Of a stretch of DNA of 49,970 nucleotides, positions 43,787-49,970 are shown one piece after another. The stretch covers positions 1 to 49,970 of the forward strand of contig DGSM01000009.1 in NCBI GenBank assembly GCA_002393975.1, read 5' to 3'. A program made the position numbers and the translations under genes. The stretch's first letter is position 1, and the number at the start of each line of letters is the position of its first letter. Source of the stretch: Clostridiales bacterium UBA4362. Its GTDB lineage: Bacteria > Bacillota > Clostridia > TANB77 > CAG-508. Under the pieces are notes generated by a model. That model was given only the letters and a program-made list of their open reading frames with translations, was not told the origin of the DNA and did no database searches.

Positions 43787-46346
43787 TTATTAAGTCTAAA
43801 TCCATTATATTTAAAACCATGTCTGTTTTTGGTATAACTCTGAATGTATATCCTATATCTCCACCCTCTTTAAGAAGAAGTTCTGCTCGATATGAATACA
43901 TTCCATCTTTCTCATCTTCAAGATACATATTAGAGAATCTCACTTCATCTACTACACCTTTGTCTGAGAATTTACCATAATAAGCTTGAACTGTAATAGA
44001 ATTACTATCTATTATTCCTTCTGGAAGTTTAACCCCACATTTAACAGTTATCTGATTTCCTGCATCAATTGTTATATCATTTAAATTGCTATCGCCTTGT
44101 ATAATTTCAATTTTATCAAAGTTCTCTCTTAATTTTTTCTTCCATTCATTAAACTCTGTTACAGTTTCGATATCTTGATAATATTTATGATGTAATTCTG
44201 ATAAAGGAATATATATATCATTTACATAGTCTTGAAGCATTCTAGCAGTACTATATTTTCCTGCATTTGATGTAATGCTGTTTTTCATTATTTGAACCCA
44301 TGTATCTGAAAAGCCTTTTTCATTTAAATCATAATATGTTGGAACAATTTTATTTTCAAGTGTATCATAAATACTCTTTGAATCAGCTGAGTCTTGTTCA
44401 TCATAATTTTGATACTTTTCATTAGTTCCAATAGCCCAACCATTTCTTTGATCATAGCCTTCAGCCCACCAGCCATCTAAAACTGAGAAATTTATAACAC
44501 CATTGATAGCTGCCTTTTGTCCTGAAGTTCCAGATGCCTCTAATGGACGTCTTGGGTTGTTTAACCATACATCAACACCAGATACTAAATATCTAGACAT
44601 TCCAATATTATAGTTTTCTAGAATAAATACTTTACCTTTGAATTGAGGTTTAATAGATAATTCATGAATAAATCTAATAAACTCTTTTCCATCTTTATCA
44701 TGTGGATGTGCTTTTCCTGCAAATATAATTTGAATTTTCTTTCCTTGTTCATTAAAGATTTTAGTAATTCTTTCTAAATCTTTAAATATTAAAGTAGCTC
44801 TTTTATATGTTGCAAATCTTCTAGCAAATCCAATTGTTAAAGCATTAACATCTAAGTTTCCAACTAATTTGTCTATTTCATCATAGCTATAATTATATCT
44901 TCTAAGTCTATTAATTGTAGATGTTTTAACTATTTCTAATAATTTAGCTTTTCTTTCTAAATGAACATTCCATAATTCTTCATTTGGAATTCTATTAACA
45001 TCTTTCCAAGTGTCATCTGATTCTATTGAATCTTGCCAATAAGGTTTTAAATATTCATTAAATAAATCTTTAATTCTTGGAGAAAGCCAAGAGCAAGTAT
45101 GAACACCATTTGTTACATAGCCAATTGGAGATTCATTAGCAGGAACGTTTTTCCAAACATCATCAAATAGTTCTCTAGATACTGCTCCATGAAGCTTAGA
45201 GACACCATTCTTTTTACCAGCAATCTTAAGAGCTAAGATTCCCATGTTAAATCCACTATTTCCATCACTATCTTGCTTCATTCCAAGTTTCAAAAACTCT
45301 TCCTTGGTTATTCCAAGCTTATTCCAATAGCCATCAAAATATTTTACTATTAAATCTATTCCAAATATATCATTTCCAGCAGGAACTGGTGTATGAGTTG
45401 TAAAAGCAGTCATAGAAGACACAATGTCTCTTGCTATATCAAAAGATACTTTTTTCTCTTTCATTATGTCTTTAATCAATTCTATAAGTAAGAAAGAACT
45501 ATGTCCTTCATTCATATGATATACAGTTGGATTAAATCCTAAAGTTCTTAAAAGTAAAACACCAGCCATTCCAAGACATATTTCTTGTCTAATTCTCATG
45601 TCTTGGTCACCGCCATATAGTGTTGTAGTAGTGCTCTTAATTACTTCATCTTCATTTTCATCTATATCAGAATCTAATAGATATATAGAATTTCTTCCAA
45701 CTTTAATATGCCAAGCCTTTAAGTGGATTAATCTCTTATCTGGTAATTTAATACTTACTACAATATCATTACCATTTTCATCTTTAACAGGTGTAATTGG
45801 CATTAAGTCTATGTCTACATCTCTGTAAACTTCTTCTTGTATTCCTTCACCATTTATTAATTGATGAAAATAGCCATGTTTGTATAATAATCCCACACCA
45901 ACAAGAGGTATTCCTAAATCACTTGAAGATTTCATGTGATCTCCAGAAAGAATACCTAATCCGCCAGAATATATTGCAACTGTTTCATCTAATCCATATT
46001 CCATAGAAAAATATGCAATTAAGTCATTGGCATGTGAAGGATATGTTCTAGAAAACCATGTTGATTTACTATTCATATAATCTTCAAAATCTCTGACTAT
46101 TTTGTCATATCTTCTAAGAAATTCACCATCTATAGCAGCTTTTTCTAATTTATCTTGAGATATTAGTTTAAGAAACTTAACAGGATTTTTATCGCATCTT
46201 TCCCATAAGTCTCCATCCATATCTTTAAATAGCTTAAGAAATTCTGTGTTCCAAGACCACCAAACATTGTAAGAAATTGTGTAGAGTTTATTAATTCTTT
46301 CAGGTAATTTTGGCCTTACAGTAATTTTGTTAAACAAGTAAGCCAT
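43770..46346 (-). CDS. glgP: Alpha-glucan (glycogen/maltodextrin) phosphorylase, GT35 alpha-glucan family
   Basis: EASGTSGQKAAINGV (PLP-lysine motif), GGLGILSGDH, ~860 aa. Confidence 0.9.
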   Translation of the reverse strand: MAYLFNKITVRPKLPERINKLYTISYNVWWSWNTEFLKLFKDMDGDLWERCDKNPVKFLKLISQDKLEKAAIDGEFLRRYDKIVRDFEDYMNSKSTWFSRTYPSHANDLIAYFSMEYGLDETVAIYSGGLGILSGDHMKSSSDLGIPLVGVGLLYKHGYFHQLINGEGIQEEVYRDVDIDLMPITPVKDENGNDIVVSIKLPDKRLIHLKAWHIKVGRNSIYLLDSDIDENEDEVIKSTTTTLYGGDQDMRIRQEICLGMAGVLLLRTLGFNPTVYHMNEGHSSFLLIELIKDIMKEKKVSFDIARDIVSSMTAFTTHTPVPAGNDIFGIDLIVKYFDGYWNKLGITKEEFLKLGMKQDSDGNSGFNMGILALKIAGKKNGVSKLHGAVSRELFDDVWKNVPANESPIGYVTNGVHTCSWLSPRIKDLFNEYLKPYWQDSIESDDTWKDVNRIPNEELWNVHLERKAKLLEIVKTSTINRLRRYNYSYDEIDKLVGNLDVNALTIGFARRFATYKRATLIFKDLERITKIFNEQGKKIQIIFAGKAHPHDKDGKEFIRFIHELSIKPQFKGKVFILENYNIGMSRYLVSGVDVWLNNPRRPLEASGTSGQKAAINGVINFSVLDGWWAEGYDQRNGWAIGTNEKYQNYDEQDSADSKSIYDTLENKIVPTYYDLNEKGFSDTWVQIMKNSITSNAGKYSTARMLQDYVNDIYIPLSELHHKYYQDIETVTEFNEWKKKLRENFDKIEIIQGDSNLNDITIDAGNQITVKCGVKLPEGIIDSNSITVQAYYGKFSDKGVVDEVRFSNMYLEDEKDGMYSYRAELLLKEGGDIGYTFRVIPKTDMVLNIMDLDLIKWVTK

Positions 46347-46432
46347 TTATTTCCTCCTTCGTATGTTTCAAAAATCTTTAGTAAATTTCCATTATATTAT
46401 CTATTACCAAATTTCAAAAGTCAATTAAAAAT

Positions 46433-47272
46433 CTAATTAATTTTTTCTACTAAATCGACTTTATATTCTTCATTAATTTTCTTAAATACAAGATATCTAG
46501 TATTATCTCCTTCTTGGTAATTAGAGTTTCCTTTTTTTCTAACAACAATGTTTATTTCATAATAAACTTCATTATTGTTATTGAATTTTACATCTTTAGA
46601 ATCTTTAATCGTTATTTCTCTAATTTTCAGTCCTTCAAGCAAAGCTCTTTGTTCACTAGATAATCCATTTGCTAAAAGGTTAGATACATCTTCCCAATCT
46701 AAGTCTTCATAAGCATCTATAAAATCATTTCTTACATTTTTTATTTTAGTTAATTCTTCATCAGATATTTCTGTTTTAGCTGAATTATCACTCTTTTGAA
46801 TATTTTCTAGAATGAATAAATCTTTAGCATGTGCTTCATCACTTAATTCACTTGCTTGATCAATTAAATTATCCATTTTGTCTTGATATTCTCTAAAATA
46901 AACAACTTCTTCAGAAATGCTTTTTAATTGATTGTTTTTATTGTCTAATTCTTCTTGTAATTTATTCTTCTTGATTGAAGTCAAATAGATAATAAGTGCT
47001 AAAACTAGTATAGTAATTAAACTAATAATAATTACTATATGAGAAAATTGTATTCCTTCACTCTCAGGCTCGTGTTTTATTTTTTGTTTTACTTCTGCCT
47101 TCTCTTTATTTTGGCTTTGTGCTTGTGCTTGTTTTTGTGTTAGAGTTTGAGTTGTTTTAGGCTTACTTTTAGCCCTTGGCTTTTTTGTATTAATTGCTGG
47201 TTTTCTGCCAGGTTTAAAATTTGTTTTAGTCTTTTTACTATTTGATTTCTTTTCTTCTTCTATTTCTGCCAT
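46433..47272 (-). CDS. Hypothetical bitopic membrane protein (basic low-complexity N-terminus, one TM, coiled coil plus C-terminal globular domain)
   Basis: ORF with a K/P/T/Q-rich N-terminus and TM IVIIISLITILVLALIIYL. No family recognised. Confidence 0.7.
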   Translation of the reverse strand: MAEIEEEKKSNSKKTKTNFKPGRKPAINTKKPRAKSKPKTTQTLTQKQAQAQSQNKEKAEVKQKIKHEPESEGIQFSHIVIIISLITILVLALIIYLTSIKKNKLQEELDNKNNQLKSISEEVVYFREYQDKMDNLIDQASELSDEAHAKDLFILENIQKSDNSAKTEISDEELTKIKNVRNDFIDAYEDLDWEDVSNLLANGLSSEQRALLEGLKIREITIKDSKDVKFNNNNEVYYEINIVVRKKGNSNYQEGDNTRYLVFKKINEEYKVDLVEKIN

Positions 47273-47440
47273 AGTCCATACTCCTTGACTTTATACATCT
47301 ATTTTATTTTAACATAAAGTTTCTTAAAGAGTAAACTTTAAATATATTAAGTTTCTATTACAGTTATGTATATTTTGGTAAATGTTGTAATTAGCATATG
47401 ATAAAATATAATTGATATATTATATAAAAAGGAGAGATTT

Positions 47441-49969
47441 ATGGCAGAGCTACTTGCCCCTGTTGGAGATTTTGATACACTTAAAGCTGCAGTTCAATAT
47501 GGTGCTGATAGAGTTTATCTAGGTGGAGATTCTTTTAATGCTAGACAATCAGCACAGAATTTTAGTAACGAAGGTCTTAAGGCTGCTATTGATTATGCAA
47601 AACTTCGTAATGTGAAAGTTGACTTTACTTTAAACACTTTGATCAAAGATTCAGAATTTCAAGAAGCAATCGATTTAGCTGAATATGTTTATAATCTTGG
47701 TGCTGATAGTATTATTGTTCAAGATTTAGGACTTGCTAGATATATTATTAAAAATATGCCTGATATAGCAGTTCATGCAAGTACACAAATGTCTATTCAC
47801 AATCTTTTAGGAGTTCAAAAGCTTGAAGAAATGGGCTTTAAACAAGTTGTTTTATCCAGAGAGCTTCCTCTTCATGAAATTGAACATATATGTCAAAATT
47901 CAAATATAGATATTGAAGTATTTATACATGGTGCTATTTGTATTTCATATTCTGGCCAATGTTTATTTTCTAGTATTGTAGGTGCTAGATCTGCAAATCG
48001 TGGTCGTTGTGCTCAACCATGTCGTTTGCCATATCAATTATTTAAACAAGAAAATTTTAAAGATAAAGATATTACAAATCATGAAAAAAATGTTTCTAGA
48101 GATAAAGGTTATCTTTTAAGTAGCAAAGATTTATGTGGCTTAGATTACATTCCAAGTCTAATTAAAGCTGGAGTAAAAACTTTTAAAATTGAAGGAAGAT
48201 TAAAACCTCCTGAATATGTTGGAACAGTTACAAGAATCTATAAAAAATATATGAATCTTGCTGAATCTGGTGAAGAATATATTGTGGATGAAAAAGATAG
48301 AAAAGATTTACTTCTTGCTTTTAATAGAGGTGGTTTTTCTACAGGTAATTTCTCTAATGAACCTAATACCGAATATGTATTTAAAGAAAAACCAAATAAT
48401 ATGGGAATCTATATTGGAAACATTTCTAATATATTTGCCAAAAAAGGTCTTATCACTTTAACAACTAAAGAACCTTTAAAGATTGGTGATAGTTTTTCCG
48501 TTGCTAGAGAAGACCATAAATATACTATCTCTGAAATGTTAGATAAAAATGGTAATAACTTAAAAATGGTTAAACCTAATACTTCTGTAACAATAGGAAG
48601 AGTTAAAGGAAATCTAAAACTTGGAGATAAGATATATAAATTAAGTAGTAATACTACAAGAAATGAAATAATGGAATTTGCTGAAAAAGAACATCGTAAA
48701 GTAAAACTATTAGGCGAAATAGAGATCCATAAAGGAAAACCTATAGAATTCACTATTACAAGTAGTCCTAATGAAACTTATACTTATTATTCGATGTCAA
48801 CTAAAGTTGTTTCAGATGATATTCCAGAAAAGGCTACAAATACTCCTCTTCAAGAAGATAGAGTTTTAAAACAATTAAATAAAACTACTAATACCCCATT
48901 TGAGTTTGAGTCAATTGTAGTAAATATGGATGATGATATATTCTTACCAAAAATATCAACTTTAAATGAACTAAGACGTAAAGCATTAGATCAATTTACA
49001 ACTTCTGCTGTTCGTAGATTTGAAAGATATGAGTATTCAAATCCCGTTCCTTCTGATGTAACAAGTCAATTAAATACAGATTTAGTTCATACAGCAGAAC
49101 AATTATTGCCTAAACATGTATTAAAGCCAAAGATATTTAAAAGTAAAAAATCTAATAATAATCCTAAAATTAGTTTATTATTAAATAATCTAAGAAATGA
49201 TTTCACATATACAGATTTAAAAAATATAGATTGTTTATATATTCCAGTAAAATATTTTGCCAATAAAGAATATGAAGCTTTACTTCTAAAGTTATCTAAA
49301 AAGTTTAATCTTTATATAGAGCTTCCTACTATAATTAGAGATAATTATAAGAATATTATTCTAAACAATATAGATAGATATGTTAATACCTATAATGTTA
49401 AAGGAATCATTATTACTAATGTAGCAGGCTTTTCATTTGCTGAAAAATATAAGGGACAATTAGAAATTGTAGCAAGATATACATTAAATACCTATAACAC
49501 ATCTACTATTAATGAATTAAAAGATGCAGGTATTACAAGAGTTGCTCTATCTCCAGAATTAGATGAGCAAAGTTTAGCTGAACTAGATAACCTTTCTATC
49601 CTTCCTACCGAATTTTTATTCTATGGAAGGTTGCCTCTTATGAACATAGGATATTGTTTGCTAGGTCAATCAAATAAATGTTATCCAGAATGCAGTGCTC
49701 AATGTAGAAATACTCAAAATAGGTATTTTTTAAGAGATCGTTTAAATTACGATTTTCCATTATATCCTGACCATCTACAATGTGTAACAACTATATATAA
49801 TAGTAAAATTACTTCTATAGCATCAGAAGACTTTAAACCAGATTACAAATTAATAAGTGTGTTAGATGAACCTATTGAACAAATCAATTACATAATTGAC
49901 CGTGTTATTGATAATAGTCCTATAGAAGGAAATGAATTTACTACAGGTAACTTTAATAAGTATGTATAA
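47441..49969 (+). CDS. Long-form U32-family peptidase (PrtC collagenase-like)
   Basis: U32 signature EVFIHGAICISYSGQCLFS..GRSANRGRCAQPCR. AAGGAGAG RBS. Stop at 49967-49969. Confidence 0.9.
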   Translation: MAELLAPVGDFDTLKAAVQYGADRVYLGGDSFNARQSAQNFSNEGLKAAIDYAKLRNVKVDFTLNTLIKDSEFQEAIDLAEYVYNLGADSIIVQDLGLARYIIKNMPDIAVHASTQMSIHNLLGVQKLEEMGFKQVVLSRELPLHEIEHICQNSNIDIEVFIHGAICISYSGQCLFSSIVGARSANRGRCAQPCRLPYQLFKQENFKDKDITNHEKNVSRDKGYLLSSKDLCGLDYIPSLIKAGVKTFKIEGRLKPPEYVGTVTRIYKKYMNLAESGEEYIVDEKDRKDLLLAFNRGGFSTGNFSNEPNTEYVFKEKPNNMGIYIGNISNIFAKKGLITLTTKEPLKIGDSFSVAREDHKYTISEMLDKNGNNLKMVKPNTSVTIGRVKGNLKLGDKIYKLSSNTTRNEIMEFAEKEHRKVKLLGEIEIHKGKPIEFTITSSPNETYTYYSMSTKVVSDDIPEKATNTPLQEDRVLKQLNKTTNTPFEFESIVVNMDDDIFLPKISTLNELRRKALDQFTTSAVRRFERYEYSNPVPSDVTSQLNTDLVHTAEQLLPKHVLKPKIFKSKKSNNNPKISLLLNNLRNDFTYTDLKNIDCLYIPVKYFANKEYEALLLKLSKKFNLYIELPTIIRDNYKNIILNNIDRYVNTYNVKGIIITNVAGFSFAEKYKGQLEIVARYTLNTYNTSTINELKDAGITRVALSPELDEQSLAELDNLSILPTEFLFYGRLPLMNIGYCLLGQSNKCYPECSAQCRNTQNRYFLRDRLNYDFPLYPDHLQCVTTIYNSKITSIASEDFKPDYKLISVLDEPIEQINYIIDRVIDNSPIEGNEFTTGNFNKYV

Positions 49970-49970
49970 A

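Noticed and set aside
1-49970. Mobile elements, prophage, CRISPR-Cas, restriction-modification or known multi-gene defence systems
   Set aside because: No integrase, transposase, recombinase, cas, methyltransferase/restriction, phage structural genes or repeat arrays are recognisable in any frame. The only foreign-looking DNA is the two single-gene G+C-rich islets.

Overview
AT-rich (by eye well under 30% G+C) chromosomal window from a low-GC Gram-positive, Clostridia/Tissierellia-like genome. This placement rests on a class A RNase P RNA, whiA, cdaA, a divIC-like gene, the der-plsY-gpsA order, and no sporulation genes in view. There are about 40 genes, nearly all on the minus strand and mostly housekeeping: rho, divIC-like, pta plus two tandem acetate kinases, rnpB, tex, gpsA, plsY, der, mutS2, a TetR-controlled MMPL/YhgE-Pip-like module, truA, cdaA, hemW, whiA, prmC, a 6S-like RNA, truB-nrnA-rbfA-infB-nusA-rimP, aqpZ, glgP and a long U32 peptidase. 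I saw no transposase, integrase, CRISPR array, tRNA or rRNA. Non-core content is concentrated in four places. (1) A 1.17 kb ORF-free, extremely AT-rich gap (1365-2538) where plus- and minus-strand genes converge; it contains a dif-like half site and a nested hairpin element. (2) A two-gene operon (2539-5621) encoding an unassigned 793-aa cytoplasmic protein with a C-terminal transglutaminase-like Cys-His-Asp core, plus an AIM24/TIGR00266-family protein. (3) A G+C-rich single-gene islet just downstream of rho (about 5659-6761), with its own promoter and terminator, encoding a YlaK-type PIN nuclease domain fused to an unassigned beta-rich domain. This is my best candidate for a novel standalone toxin or defence gene. 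(4) A second G+C-rich single-gene islet (about 43204-43760) encoding a small 3-TM protein behind a promoter with a perfect palindromic operator. All product calls come from motif recognition in the supplied translations. No database search was possible, and G+C values are eyeball estimates.
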